The notes: generated by a model from the sequence alone, not told the origin. A stretch of 64,000 nucleotides of DNA from Octopus vulgaris (GCA_951406725.2 OX597822.1:66774001-66838000), one strand, 5' to 3'. Positions 1 through 15,125 are shown, counted from the stretch's first letter. A program made the numbers and translations.

Positions 1-119
1 TTTCCTCCTACATCTTGCAGCTCACCTAGACGTCCCGTCTAGGTGGGGAACCTATACGCCAAGGAAACCAGGAAACCGGCCCTTAAGAGTCAGGTGTGGC
101 TCGAGAAGGAACAAACAAC
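1..119 (+). mobile_element. 3' part of tRNA-derived SINE (family B variant), cut by window edge
   Basis: Matches reverse complement of 31571-31690 (gcagctcacct...aggtggggaacctatacgccaag...ggctcgagaagga). Confidence 0.8.
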
Positions 120-755
120 GTACACTATACTTCACACTCAGTTTAGCATCACCACTTACCTCCGTAAGGGAAAAGCTAGAGGTGATTATATTTACTAAAT
201 TATATACGACATTGGTATATATTTACATTACGGACTCTGTAGGAAGTAACGATAAGGGGAAAGAAAGGACATTAAACATTGTTATTGATTACATTCGACG
301 TCTGTCTAAACCTACAAAGATACCCCCGCATGTGTAAACATATTGCTCCACTTTACAATAATAGATTTAATTTGATTAAACCTAATTAAACACAGGGTGA
401 AATAATCTGATGAATTCGCCTCATGCTGAGTTATTTATTCCTATTAGAACAACAAACGTGCGTGTGTTAATTACCACATGTAAAAGCTGTATGTTTTATT
501 TGTATTTGCTCTTGTCACAATTAAACATATAATATTTATTAATACGAAATCTATAACGTCCTTCAAAAGATATCGTTAAATCGCTACAAAAAAAAATTGT
601 TGAGATTTTTGTTCCAGAACTTTACAATCATGGTTCAAATACTGTTCAGGTCAACTGTTCTTTATTTTCATTCATATGTTGATGAAATAAGATTTCTATT
701 ATTATTTAAGAGTAGCTTCCCTTATTGATCTTATTGTTTTCCAAAGTGTAATTCG

Positions 756-1058
756 GAGCTGGCAGAAACGTTAGCAAGCCAGATGTAATCGACTTCATCC
801 GTTTGTCTGTCCTTGTTTGTCCCCTCTATGTTTAGCCTCTTGTGGGCAATAAAAAAAATAAGAAACGTTAGCTCGCCGGGCGAAATGCTTAGCAGTATTT
901 CGTCTGTTTCGTTCTGAGTTCAAATTCCGCCGAGGTCGACTTTGTCTTTCATCCTTTCGGGGTCAATAAATTAAGTACCATTTGCATACTGGGGTGGATC
1001 TAATCGACTGGCCCCCTCCCCAAAAATTTCGGGCCTCATGCCTAGAGTAGAAAAGAAC
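756..1058 (+). mobile_element. SINE family D with internal insertion and repeated head segment
   Basis: gagctggcagaaacgttagc head, B-box-like gagttcaaattcc, gaggtcgactttg..tttcatcctttcgggg core; same sequence recurs many times in window. Confidence 0.85.
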
Positions 1059-1386
1059 ATGCAATTCGGTGCAGACGATTGCATGACTGTTTCCTCGAGT
1101 GAAGAGTATTGCTAGAAAATCGCGAGTTTGCTAGAAAATCGCGAAAAAGGAATGTGGAGTGCCGTCTCCCAAGAAATTTCCTGAAAGGTGCATCACAGTT
1201 GCGATCATAGTACAAATAAACGAACTTGCCTTGGAGATATGCCAATAGTGTGGAGAAAGACGACGTGGATCGGGCATTTGCCTTAGAGGTGAAATTCACC
1301 ATAATTTTGGGGGAGGGCATTTGTTTCGGATTTTTACGCCGGAGTCGTATTTGTCTTTCGTTTTCCATGAGTTACTCATTTACACA

Positions 1387-1518
1387 TTTACTCTTTTACT
1401 TCTTTCAGTCATTTGAGTGCGGCTATGCTGGAGCACCGCCTTTAGTCGAGCAAATCGACCCCAGGACTTATTCTTTGGATGCCTACTACTTATTCTATCG
1501 GTCTCTTTTGCCGAACCG

Positions 1519-1550
<32 letters not shown>

Positions 1551-1711
1551 GACGGGCTTCTTTCAGTTTCCGTCTACCAAAGTCACTCACAAGGATTTGG
1601 TCAGCCGAAGCTATAGTCGAAGACACTTGCCCAAGGTGCCACGCAGTGGGATTGAACTCGGAACCATGTGGTTGGTAAGCACGCTACTTACCACATAGCC
1701 ACTCCTACGCC
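1387..1711 (-). mobile_element. SINE family A, internally deleted
   Basis: Homologous to 12941-13336, 34349-34731, 35818-36260, 38693-39112; tRNA-like head, internal (TA)n, (AAAAGAGT)-type tail. Confidence 0.9.
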
Positions 1712-1739
1712 TGGTGAACTAAAATATTCATGTAGGTTA

Positions 1740-2335
1740 AATTTGTCTCTTATCCTTTTACAATCGATAAAATAAAGTACCCGGCAAGTACTGGTGCCGA
1801 TGTGATCGACTAACTCACAATTTTGAAATTGCAGAGTGTGTGCATGAAGTAGAAATCATAGTCAGTGGTACGGCGTTGGAATGGCAGAAGCGATAGAGGG
1901 TCGGAGAATTTGTTTGGCGGTATTTGTTTCGGTTCTTTGTACCGTGAGTTCGAAAGTCTGTCGAGATCAAGTTAATTTTTTATCCCTACGGTTTCGATAA
2001 ATTAATGTATCAGTCACGCAGTGCGGTTGGAGACACAGACCGAAACATCCCTGCAAAATTGTTGGCTAAATTTGAATTCACTATTAGTAATAGTAGTAAA
2101 GCAGCGAGCGGTCTGAATCGTTAGTATGCAGGGAAAAACGCTAAGCTAAAATGCTTGGCGGCATTTCGTCTTGCTTTCCGTTCTGAATCCAAATTCCGCC
2201 AGGGTCGACTTAGCCGTTTGTTTTCTCAGTGGCGATGAAATGAATTACAGTTGAGCTCTTTAGATGATATAATAGTATAGTTACCATCTCAAAAAATGTC
2301 TGGCATTGCCCCTATAGGTGAAAGGCTTATCATTC
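1740..2335 (+). mobile_element. Cluster of three degenerate family D SINEs in tandem
   Basis: Repeated degenerate heads (tggcagaagcgatag; ctgaatcgttagtatgc) and cores (caaattccgccagggtcgactt). Confidence 0.7.
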
Positions 2336-3669
2336 ATTAGTTTCTTCTGTTGAAAGTGAATAATTATGCATAAGCAATTTTATTACTTGCCATCAAATAT
2401 GACAGGTTTATCTATTTCAGCTCATCTTTTATTATTGTTTCCAGGGAAAGCTCATTACAGACAACTAGCAGTTTTGACATGAAGCAAGGCCCCCTGTAAA
2501 GTATTAAACTACCGCTGTTGCTTTTACAAGTCACTACATATGTATTGTATTATAAAAGTTCCACCAGCATAAGAAATGGTAGACAAACACTGGCACAAGG
2601 CAAGTTCGCATGTATGGCCAAGGAAAAAGAATAACATTTTTAAATATTTCGTGGGGTGGGGCTCAAAGATTTTCTTTCTGTTGTTCAGCTACAGGCTAGG
2701 TAATAGAGATCCGAAATAGATTAATTATTAGATTCCGCATTATATGTGTTCAAATTCCATTTAGGTTATTTATGATTTCTTTGATTTGCTGACATCTCTG
2801 ATTCACCGACATAACAATCCATAATGAAGGACGAAAAATGCTTTCTAGGTTATGATGACGGATGGTGACAGGATTAAGACTTTTACTTTGCAAATGCTTG
2901 GTTCTGATTTTGGTTCTCCTTCAGTCACAACAAGTGTTTAATCTAGCAAACATGTGGAAGTTTGCTAGATGAGCGGAAGTTGTTCTTCTGTGAGCAAACT
3001 AATCTGCTCGGGTTTAAAGCGCCCCACGAGAACTTTTTGTGCTCTGGACCAGAGCACAGATTGATTGGTCTCTTCCTCCATTTCTTCCGATATTGCCGGT
3101 GGCTCTTGGAGTATAAGCGTCCGTTGCACATAACTAGTATTTTATATTCATCGAATAACTTAAGATTAACGCTCAAAACGTTTCTGGAAAGATATGAATG
3201 TAAGTGAACAGTAAAAAGGGATCTAGATAAAAACAGCAACATTTTGTGAAGATAAACTACTGTAGCAGATTCTGCTTTAAGAAACTGAATACTGGGGTCA
3301 AGTCTTTTGACTAATGCGCTTCAATATGATAGGCCGGCAGTTTGGCAGTTTCATAACTGATGCAAATAAAACATTGAAAATAGATTTATGGGTTACCAAT
3401 TTGGTACCATGGAGAAATAAAATGCAAGACTGTATAAGTGAGATTTTAAATAAAATGAAAAAGCTAAATTAATATAATACACAGAGCAACACATTTATTC
3501 TAGTATAATTTGTATTGTTTTTTTTTTTTATTTTTGTTACTTCTTTCGACCATTGGATTGCCGTCACACTTGGGTATTGCCGCGTATCTTCTGTTCGATC
3601 AAATAAACTTCACTACAGATTTTAATCTGGAACTTTTTTGTAGTAGTAGTAGTAGTGGTAGTGGTAGTG

Positions 3670-3716
<47 letters not shown>

Positions 3717-4366
3717 GCTGCAGAGGTGCTGTTACGGGGATATTTAGAAATCCAACGCGAACACATATGTATACACTTGTATTTGTATATATAAACATAT
3801 CTGTGTGTGTGTCGGTATGTATGATTATGTGTTTGTATACGAATATACGCACACACATACACACATGTAATCTTTGCTAATGTAAATTCTATTCAAAAGA
3901 CAGCATTAAGTTCAGTTCTAAGGCAACCTAACACGCACCACGGTATTAACGTGTTACGCATATCTATGATTCGTAATACAATCTTAAATCACTTAAACTA
4001 AGTAATATTCTAGAAGTCTGGTATGTTCCATTACAGATAAGTGAGTTTATTTTATTCTGTATGTTAACAGCATGAAGTTTTTATAGTCACCGCAGTATTT
4101 ATATGTAATGTGTTACACAGCATTGTTAATTAAAAGTAAGAGGTATAAGTTGCAAAGTAAATTTACTTAAAACTTTCACTTCAGACTGGAATTAAAGAAA
4201 ATGTCTCTTTGCGTATTATGTCATTGGTAATATTGTAGTTTTAAAATCTTCAATGGAGTAAAATTCCTAAATATGAGCAGGAAAATAGGCGTAGATAATT
4301 GGATATCGCAGACGGTTAGCATCCTCGGTTATCATAGAACTGATGTGTCCTCTTGGGCTGGGTCGT

Positions 4367-4432
4367 CTAGAAATTAAATTCTCTGTCGTCGGTAACAATT
4401 TTCTGCGGTTTTGTGATAGGTTCTCTGTTTGC
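4367..4432 (-). other. Candidate exon start (possibly a terminal coding exon) of an unidentified minus-strand transcript
   Basis: Strong acceptor attttcttttacag| on minus strand (AG at 4434-4433). Phase 0 reads ANREPITKPQKIVTDDREFNF*; the phase-shifted frame stays open ~55 codons. Lies in unique sequence; no partner exon or homology recognised. Confidence 0.3.
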
Positions 4433-6784
4433 CTGTAAAAGAAAATATGTGGAGATCGTAAAAATCACAGTGACTCACAAAGCCATCACAGTCTAACATA
4501 ATTTTCACGCTGCGGCTATAAAGTTTTGCTACAATTGGGTTCTTCTGAGACTGACAGTAACTTAATGAAATATGTAATAAAGTCAGATGCCTGAATATAA
4601 AATATACATTTATATCTGATAGAGAAGATCTATTTTTTTCTACACAAAGAAGCAGAATATGTTGAATACATTTTTATGATGAAGATTTAGTAGATGTTTA
4701 CGAAAAGTGATGTGGCAAATATTGCAGATATTATAAATCAAGTTTTAGATTAGTTTCATGGTCTTTGACTTACTGACAAACAATTAAAATATAGATCGCG
4801 TTTCTAGCAGACTGATACGAGAGAAAATGCAAGATTTTGTTTCATAAGTATCTATGTATTATTTGAAAATTGTCGATAATTTCATTTGGACCCGAAATAT
4901 AGTATAATCCATTTCTATGTTTCCATGGTAACCGAGGATGCCTCAATAGACGTGTCTACGATACAGCATCTATCCTAAATGTGCAAAGTTATTTCTCTTC
5001 AATAACTCGATTTACTAGGGTTTTCCGATCGCATACATAAGCGCAAAATGAGTTCTTTTAAAGTAGACATTTCTGTATTATACTGAATATATACGTACTG
5101 TCGATAGACGAGTTTTTGCCATATTTGCCCTTGGATAATATCTCTTGTGGAAATGTGTTAAAAACGCAATGAATTATTTTTAGCAGCCGCTGGTGAAAGT
5201 GCCAGATGCATTTCGGTCATTTTCGGTCTTTCAGTAGCAACCACATCATATAGAAATATATGAATAAATCATTCAGTGATTTTGCGAATGGTTATCTCGC
5301 TGACAGAAAATTCAGTATAGGCAATTGAGCCTTTATTAAACTAAAATTGACCTCTGTGTATCATATTTCATGTATACACAGTCTTTATAGACCAGTTACT
5401 TCGCTGCCTTTGAAAGCTTAAATGATGATAAAAAATTCATCTTGAAGAAATGACCTATTACAACTGGTACAATGATTCTTTATCGAACACTGAAGCAAAA
5501 TACTAATAAAATAAATAATTAGAGCCTGTGAAATCGCGGTATTTCTTCATATATGAACTAAGTTTTGCATTATTGTAATGCTGGTTTATGAGTGTATATT
5601 GTAGCTTGTTTTATAAATTACTTCATCCTCTATATGTAAAAGTTTATACGACTGAAAAAGAAACAGAATAGAATATTGTATTCGCTTCACTTGCATATAG
5701 AGAATAAATGTATATTGTCGAAATTCACCCTTATATCAACCATGCGGACACATGCATTTGAACTCAGTGGCAAATGCTCCATATTTTCAGTTAGTCACTT
5801 TACTGCAATAGCTGTACTTATTTAGAAATGTGTTCGCTGCGTCGTTAGGGAGTTAAATGTATAAGCCATGAGCAGAGTAAAATCCAAGTGTCATATTTTC
5901 TTTTTCCACGCTGGTATCTCCTCAAGTGACGGACATCACCAGTTTGAGTTTCGTTAGAAACCAGTGGTCATCATTAATTGATATTTCAAAATTTTTACAT
6001 AGCTACGGCGACTGTCAAAGGAAAATGAATGTTTCACGGCACATTTCGATGTGCGAGAGACTAACAGTTATAGTTTCCGCACGTAGTGAAATTGAGTATT
6101 AAAATTACTCTTGAGAAAAAGGGATTTTTTCGTTTTCTTTTAATCCGTTTGGCACACGCACATCCAAGCAAAAATTTCCTATCGTCTAGGAAATTTTTCC
6201 ATTAGGGGTTTAGGTTTCGTTTAGTTTGTCGTTTGGTGGTTAATAAATCATTTGTTTCTTTTTTTTTCAATATAATTTTCTTCCACTGCAATACTGCCGT
6301 CGATGCTGGCCAAGAAATAGATTTCCCGACATGTGAATTTCACGCGATTCATGTGATTGATAGCTAAAATACCGTTTCATTCTCACATATTTTTCTCTCA
6401 CTCGCTTCTCTCATTCTCTCTCCCTCTTTCTCACACTCTCCAACGCTTTTCTCTGTCGATGTCTCTCTCTCTCTATCTCTCTTCTTCTACCTCAAAATTT
6501 TGTAACTACGTATTCTATATGAACTCAATCATCCTAAATTATTATATTTTCGTTTGACTTTACATATCCTACTTACTTAAGCCACATTTCATCATACCGC
6601 ACAAACGAATCTCGTTCAATCACACCATTGTCGCTATACATAAGATAATATTTATATTACAAAGTAGTCCAAAATTCCGGAATGGTCATGGCTGGAACGA
6701 TTTTCATTATATTAGCTAAACTGCACCAACAGCTCAAACTAAATGGCTCAGAATATAACTTTAGCATTAGTAATATATTCTGAC

Positions 6785-7105
6785 GTGGAGGCGCAATGGC
6801 CCAGTGGTTAGGGCAGCAGACTTGCGGTCGGAGGATCGCGGTTTCGAGTCCCAGACTGGGCGTTGTGTGTGTCTATTGAGCGCAAACACCTAAAAGCTCA
6901 ACGTCCTCCGGTAGGGGGTGATGGCGACCCCTGTTGTACTCTTTCGCCACAACTTCCTCTCACTCTTTCTTCCTGTTTCTTGAGTAACGCGGCGATGGAC
7001 TGGCGTCCCGTCCAAGTGGGGGGACACATACGCCCCAGAAACCGGGAAACCGGGGCCATGAGCCTGGCTAAACTTGAAAAGGGCGACGTTTATCGTTTTT
7101 TTATT
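6785..7105 (+). mobile_element. Full-length tRNA-derived SINE family B (OR1-like)
   Basis: A-box tggcccagtgg and B-box-like ggtttcgagtccc head; TSD tattctgac at 6776-6784 and 7106-7114. Confidence 0.9.
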
Positions 7106-7489
7106 TATTCTGACAATAAATAGGTACGTGCGTACGAGCATGTAATTATATTCAATTAGATTTTAGATTTCCGTCAAAACCATATGTGTTGAATTAAGTA
7201 TACATATATCATTACTAAATTAGTAGATATTGAAATTTTCACATCTAAGTTTTGTAACAGAATCTTTAGTGCATCGGAAGATGTTGCCTTAGTAGGTGTG
7301 TCCTGGTTCTTTATATTCTTAGTTCCAATTTCGCTGATGTCAGCTTTAATTTTCATCTTTTTAGGTTCGACGAACTTACGTAAACTGATATCGGATAAAT
7401 CATTGCCTTGCCTCAGATTCTGGACTTGTGACAAAATTTGGTACCCTTGTTATCTTCAGACTCTCTATATTCTGATTCGAAATTCCTCC

Positions 7490-7735
7490 GATGATTATTT
7501 CGTCCTCCAACCTTTCGGGGTCAATGTAATAGCCTCCTCCCCGCCCTCCCTCAAAGCCGGTCGCCGTTCGCTAAAATGTGAAAGAATTATTATTATTATT
7601 ATTCTTAAGGCGGCGTGCTGACACAAACTTTTATTCTTCACTGAAATTGCTTTGCGGCATCTCTTCCGCCTCCTTATGTTCATAGCTCAAATACTGATGA
7701 GATTGACGTTGCTTTCCAACCTTTTGTGGTCGATA
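7490..7735 (+). mobile_element. Two partial family D SINEs joined by (ATT)n
   Basis: cctttcggggtcaat tail, (att)n spacer, then aaggcggcgtgctgac head. Confidence 0.6.
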
Positions 7736-8148
7736 TCTATATACAAACAAGATATCTATATACAAGATATGTACATACTAACAAAAATCTGCATATAAAC
7801 AACACATGTCACAATATAAAACGTGGCTACCGACAGAAAAAAAAAACTGACAAAATTTAACCGCGACGTACAAGTCAACAACACGTGACTACAGATATAT
7901 TAATCTAACCGTCAGAAGAAAGAAATCTAACGATGAAGTCTACATATAAAAGTAACGCAGATGACAAATGAATTCAGTTCTTACAAATAAGCGTGTAAAG
8001 GCCTGTAAACTTCGAGTATTAGTTTAGAAATTTGCTTGCTCCGCAATAATTTTAAAGAAACAAGAAAGAAAACAGGCGAAATCTACAATACAAAAGACAA
8101 AAACTCTAAAGTCGCGTATTTAAAGAAACATCCACACACACAAATGGA

Positions 8149-8233
<85 letters not shown>

Positions 8234-8379
8234 GTAAATTTATTCATATATACATACAGGCAAGCATATTCGGAACCATTACATCATTTCATATTTCGAA
8301 GGATAAGCTTTTGCAATTCAAGACGCAAATAGCTTTGATATATTCAGTGAACTATGTGCACAGCAGAGCACTTAATCTT

Positions 8380-8720
8380 GCCAAATGGAACCAGAAATAT
8401 CAAATATTTCAATTTCTATGGACTACATAACTCATGTGAATAGCTCAAAAATATCAGTCAGGCGATAATTTTCCACTGCCACAAGTTGCTGCTAAAACAA
8501 TATTCAATGCCATCCTCTGAAAAGACTATACAGAGATAACTATAAGCTACAGCTATACTTAAGAAAACATTCATATCAAGCATAAGGAATATTTGTGGAA
8601 TACAGCCATGAAATCTTGTAATAGGTGCAAGCATAAGAAGATATATTTAACCATGTGGGGCAGAAACAAAAGGACACGAACAATGTTATAGAGTTAAGCT
8701 GCCCTGCAATATGGAGAATT
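8380..8720 (+). mobile_element. Highly degenerate Penelope-like element remnant (RT-to-endonuclease linker)
   Basis: Manual, frameshifted translation gives RNIKYFN...HPLK...TISYSY...NVI, the order of motifs in Penelope ORFs. Confidence 0.35.
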
Positions 8721-8793
8721 GATCGAAAATGAAGAACAGAAAAATCAGCAAACCCTGTAGTTCCGGTCACCTTGATTATATTATCAAACATGT

Positions 8794-8992
8794 GGTGAAC
8801 TGGCAGAAACGTTAGCACGCCGCGCAAGATGCTTTGCGGCATTTCGTCCAACTTTACGCTCCGAGTTCAAATTCCGCTGAGGTCGACTTCGCTTTTCATC
8901 CTTTCATGGTCGATAAATTATGTACCAGTTGAGTACTGGGGTCGATGTAATCAGCTGGCTCCCTCCTCTCAAAATATCAGGCCTTATGACTA
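8794..8992 (+). mobile_element. SINE family D
   Basis: ggtgaactggcagaaacgttagcacgccg head plus core. Confidence 0.85.
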
Positions 8993-8995
8993 TAA

Positions 8996-9348
8996 TACTC
9001 TTTTACTCTTTTGCTTGTTTCAGTCATTTGAGTGCGGCCATGCTGGTGCACCGCTTTTAGTCGAGCAAATCGACCCCAGGACTTATTCTTTGGATGCCTA
9101 GTACTTATTCTATCGATATTTTTGCCCAACCACTAAGTTAAGGGTACGTAAACACACCGCTATCGGTTGTCAAGCGATGCGGGGGGGGGGGGGGGCAAAC
9201 ACAGACACACAAACATATACACACACATACATACATATATATATATACGACGGGCTTCTTTAAGTTTCCGTCTACCAAATCCACTTACAAGGCTTTGGTC
9301 GGCCCGAGGCTATAGTAGAAGACACTTGCCCAAGTTGCCACGTAGTGA
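8996..9348 (-). mobile_element. SINE family A, head truncated
   Basis: Homology to other A copies; abuts the D copy tail-to-tail. Confidence 0.85.
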
Positions 9349-10772
9349 TACCAATAAATATTAGTGTCATTGGATATGATGTAAATATCTATGTCACAAT
9401 ACGGAAATGTTCGGATTTTACAAACAGGGCCAGGATCCGGCTAAGAGTTACTTAAAAGATACAGTGTGTCGGTGAAACAGTAAAAATATGTAAGAAGTTT
9501 GAAAAGTTCACCATGAAATACTAACCGTTTTGTTATTATCCGAGTTCTCTCGAAAGAAAATTACGTACCTACATTAAACCTAGGTGTAGCTGGGCCTTAT
9601 CCTTGTGCAGTGTTTTTCGGCATTGTATTTGTGTTAGAACATTCTTTTGTGTGAACGAATTTATGCTAGCATGAATCTGTATCTGCATGCATATGCGTAT
9701 GCATGTTTGTATGAAGCTATATGAACGACTTCAGAGAATAGAATTGATCTCTTATAGTTATCAACTTAAACATGCATCTTCGTGTAGTTGCGTGCCCAGG
9801 AATATCTGCGCAAATCTGAAAGCGTTGCTATCTGTGCGTATATTAGTGTTGTGCCTCTCTTCGACTACGCATTTTACAGTATGCGTATTTTTTCATGACT
9901 GCCTGCGTGTGTATGTCTCCTTGCGTATGTTTAACTGGTGTATGTTTGTGTTTGCGTACGTCTGTATATTTGTCTGTACGCATGCAAAGGGATTTTAAAT
10001 TGAGTTTACTTTGAACCAAATTTTGTTTGCTGAACACTAAAAACACTTAATAACTATTGACAAAGGCTTTATGACAATACATCCTCTTTTTTTTTTTAAA
10101 TTCTCGCCGCTTTGGATTATATTTTCTCTCGTTTATCCGCTATACTTTTCTATCTTCCTTTTTATCCGTTTATCATCCTTTCCTTCCGTGTTTTTTCTTT
10201 ACACAATGCATTTTTTATTTGCTCATTCTATTTAAATATTTGTGTATCCCACAAAATTTATTTTTGCTATTATAATTCTATACCAACCGCAAGCTTGATT
10301 ATATATGTGTGTTTAGATGATGTGGGTTTTCTTTGGTATTACTGTCCTTTAACTGTCAGAGTGTAAGATCGAGCAGACCTTTGACGAAAGTTGTTCCAAT
10401 TATGAAGAGTCGATCGGCATTTCGAACTGTAGCCGATGTATGAATATATTATGCCTTGCACCTGTATTTCCTTAATATGCAACCCTTAATTAGGAGGATA
10501 TTTATTATTGCTTTTTTTGCAGGGTAACTAACAAGGCTTAGTTTCTCATCCTGCCCTGTTTCTCTATGTGTACTCGCGTACTCTTAGAATTTATTTGGAG
10601 TTCATCCGGCCTTCCACAGGTTATGTTTTTCATCCCACAAAACATCACTATCACTTTCCTTACTAAGCAAATTATATGTGCTTGTGGATTAAGGCAGTGA
10701 AGAAACGATGATATCCATGTTGCATTATCTTATATGGAAGCAATTAACTGGCATTCGTAGATTTGAACTTAA

Positions 10773-11067
10773 CACATAAAGCGCGACGGGCCACAATCGT
10801 GGCCGTCAGTCACAGGTCGACAGGCTACGATCGTGGCCCAGATAGATGAATTTAATTCATGGGCGTTTGTTGGGTCTAATGTCACCCGAAGTCTCCAGTA
10901 CCTCCGAGAATGCAAGAGATTTCAAATGATGTAAAACTTGCCACCATTATATATTAAGAAGATATTTAACTATTTTTTTTGTCTTTATGTCTGCACGGTA
11001 GTTTCATTTTCATAAAATATGCTCAGGAGTCCCTACTATGTAAGTGCAAATCCCAGCGTTTTATGGG
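10773..11067. mobile_element. Non-autonomous piggyBac-type MITE
   Basis: TTAA at 10769-10772 and 11068-11071; ends CACATAAAGCGC / GCGTTTTATGGG form an imperfect TIR (10/12); subterminal palindromes. Confidence 0.55.
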
Positions 11068-11619
11068 TTAAGGGTTAAACACGCCAGCACCAGGCGACGC
11101 TGCGTGGTAAGAAACTTACTTCGCAACAAAACCAGATGTTTCAAGGTCTAATAATTAAGGTGGCTAGCAGCAATTTAAAACCAACAAGGAAATAATTCAC
11201 CGTCATTAAGACTGGCAAGTGTGCAGTGAGCACCAGTATTGCTAGAAATAGAGGTCCCGGACATTTAATATAATATTAAATAGAATTCACGGTCCTCAGA
11301 CATGTTTTAAGTTGATATTATTTAATATCATTATTTAATAATATTAATTTCTACTCTTATAATTTATCTCTATTTCATATATTAATCATAAGTATGTGCA
11401 TGTTTGTCGTTTGTGTGTGTATTTCACTTCTTTTTTTGTCTCCCACCTGCCTTTTGTCATCGTGTTACGTGGTGTGGTGGTGGGCGTGCTATTATTCCAT
11501 TTACGTATTCTGTTGAGGCTCGATCTTTCTATGACTATGTGCGTAGTATCTGTAATCTGTCTAAGTCTCGTGTCACTGCTATGCGTTGATCATTCTTTAA
11601 CCTCCGTGTTATTAACTAA

Positions 11620-12770
11620 GCCTCTATGTTCTTCTTGCGCATATTGGTAGAGCACTGACGAGCCTTTCATCTCTATGAACCTCGCCATTATTTGCCTATT
11701 CACTCCCATATACTGCGTGCTGTCTCTTCAATGTAAGTTGTTGTCTTGTTTCAGCACCGTCCTTCAAAACACCATATAGACTATATTCCTAATCTTACAG
11801 TTAACCTGTGTGTTCATCTTACATACTGTACAATTGTTCTCCGCACAAGGGGACCTATCGGAGCGATAGGTTCTACAGATGGGGGATTTTATGGGGGCTC
11901 CAGGCATTTCTACTAATTTAATCCGTAGACTTATCTAACGCTTTTCTAAAAAGGTATTCTAGTTCGCCACCATAGGTAGCAACAACGAATGACACTGGCA
12001 TTTTTTTACGTCATACCATCAGTTGGCATTACGTATCTTTTTTCTGGTCCTTTCTGGACTATTTCAGGATTTACTCCTTTATTGCGAGTAGATCTCCTTT
12101 ACATTACTCTCTATCATGACTTTGTACTTGACCCTGGTTCCTTTGTACACTCTGATCTTTGCTCTTTGGTTGTAGCCAAAGAACTGCAAGCCATGGATGA
12201 AGTGTTGTATGTGTCTTACCAATTCTATAGGACTGCACATATGGGACATATTCCTCATCACTCTCATCAAGTCCACTATTAGAATATTGAATTTGGGCGT
12301 CTTCTCCAATAGCTGTGTTCTAGTGGACCAGTTATTTAGAGACCATGGTTTTGACATAATTTGAAAAAAGGATCTGGACCTTATTATTCTTGGTTTCCAG
12401 CCAGAGTTCCGTGTCTAAGACCGGTTGGCTATAGTTCTGGTGCTTGTTAGTGTAGTCTGTTTTAACGTTTATAATCTGGTGGATGGAGTTTGCGATTTGC
12501 TGGAGGCTCTCCATAGTGTTGGCTTCTAGATTATCGATATTGTGCCGTGGGAGTGCTTTGTTTACTATGTTGATATCATCCACATAGCAGGAGTACATAT
12601 TTAGGGTTATGGAGTTCTCTGCTAATCGTTCTTACCCACATCACCAGCGATACTGACAGCGGCGGCTACACATTCCTCCTGGGCGTATATATTGTTTATA
12701 AACTTAAATATGTGGGCCTTGAGTGTGATACTGGTACTCTCTCCCACCGCATGTGTGACAATCTTTTTAA
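11620..12770 (-). mobile_element. Penelope-like retroelement, decayed RT plus GIY-YIG region
   Basis: ORF pieces with VSIAGDV, YSCYVDDINIV (RT catalytic motif), PVLDTELW, then Cys-rich linker and NCKIRNIVY on manual translation; stops and frameshifts. Confidence 0.75.
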
Positions 12771-12940
12771 CCTGATCATCGGTTTCGGGGGATCCGTATA
12801 GCTCAGATCTACTCACTCCATTTCTCTTTACGGGTGTTTTTCGCCATTCAGGATATAATAGGGGTTTATATATTTTACCAATATAATAAAAAAGAAGCAA
12901 ATATTGTCATCTAAGTATTAACATGTACACATGCACCATA

Positions 12941-13335
12941 GGCACAGGAGTGACTGTGTGGTAAGTAGCTTGCTTACCAACCACATGGTTCTGGGTTCAG
13001 TCCTACTGCGTGGCAACTTGGGCAAGTGTCTTCTACTATAGCATCGGGCCGACTAAAGCCTTGTGAGTGGATTTGGTAGACGGAGACAGAAAAGAAGCCC
13101 GTTGTATGTGTGTATATTATGTATATATGTATGTGTGTGCCTATGTTCGTGTGTCTGTGTTTGTCCACCAACATTGCTTGACAACAGATGCGGGTGTGTT
13201 TATATCCCCGTAACTTAGCGGTTCGACAAAAGAGACTGATAGAATAAGTACAAGGCTTACAAACAATAAGTCCGGGGATCGATTTCTTCGACTAACGGCG
13301 GTGCTCCAGCATGGCCATAGTCAAATGACTGAAAC

Positions 13336-13336
<1 letters not shown>
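12941..13336 (+). mobile_element. SINE family A, full length
   Basis: ggcacaggagtgactgtgtggtaag head to atggccatagtcaaatgactgaaac tail. Confidence 0.9.

Positions 13337-15125
<1,789 letters not shown>

Noticed and set aside
405-450. CTGATGA motif (likewise CTGACGA at 11656 and CTGATGA at 7694, 60616)
   Set aside because: No paired stem II followed by GAAA; not hammerheads
1226-1698. ORFs with recurring peptides such as [16 protein letters not shown] / GHAGAPPLVEQIDPRTYS
   Set aside because: Translations of SINE family A, repeated at each copy
2943-3242. Overlapping 99-aa and 81-aa ORFs
   Set aside because: No recognisable domain or splice context; perhaps TE debris
6785-6860. tRNA-like sequences (also at 19805, 25975, 31795, 35299, 56421, 58807)
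   Set aside because: SINE heads: they continue into SINE bodies, several have TSDs, and the cloverleaf is imperfect
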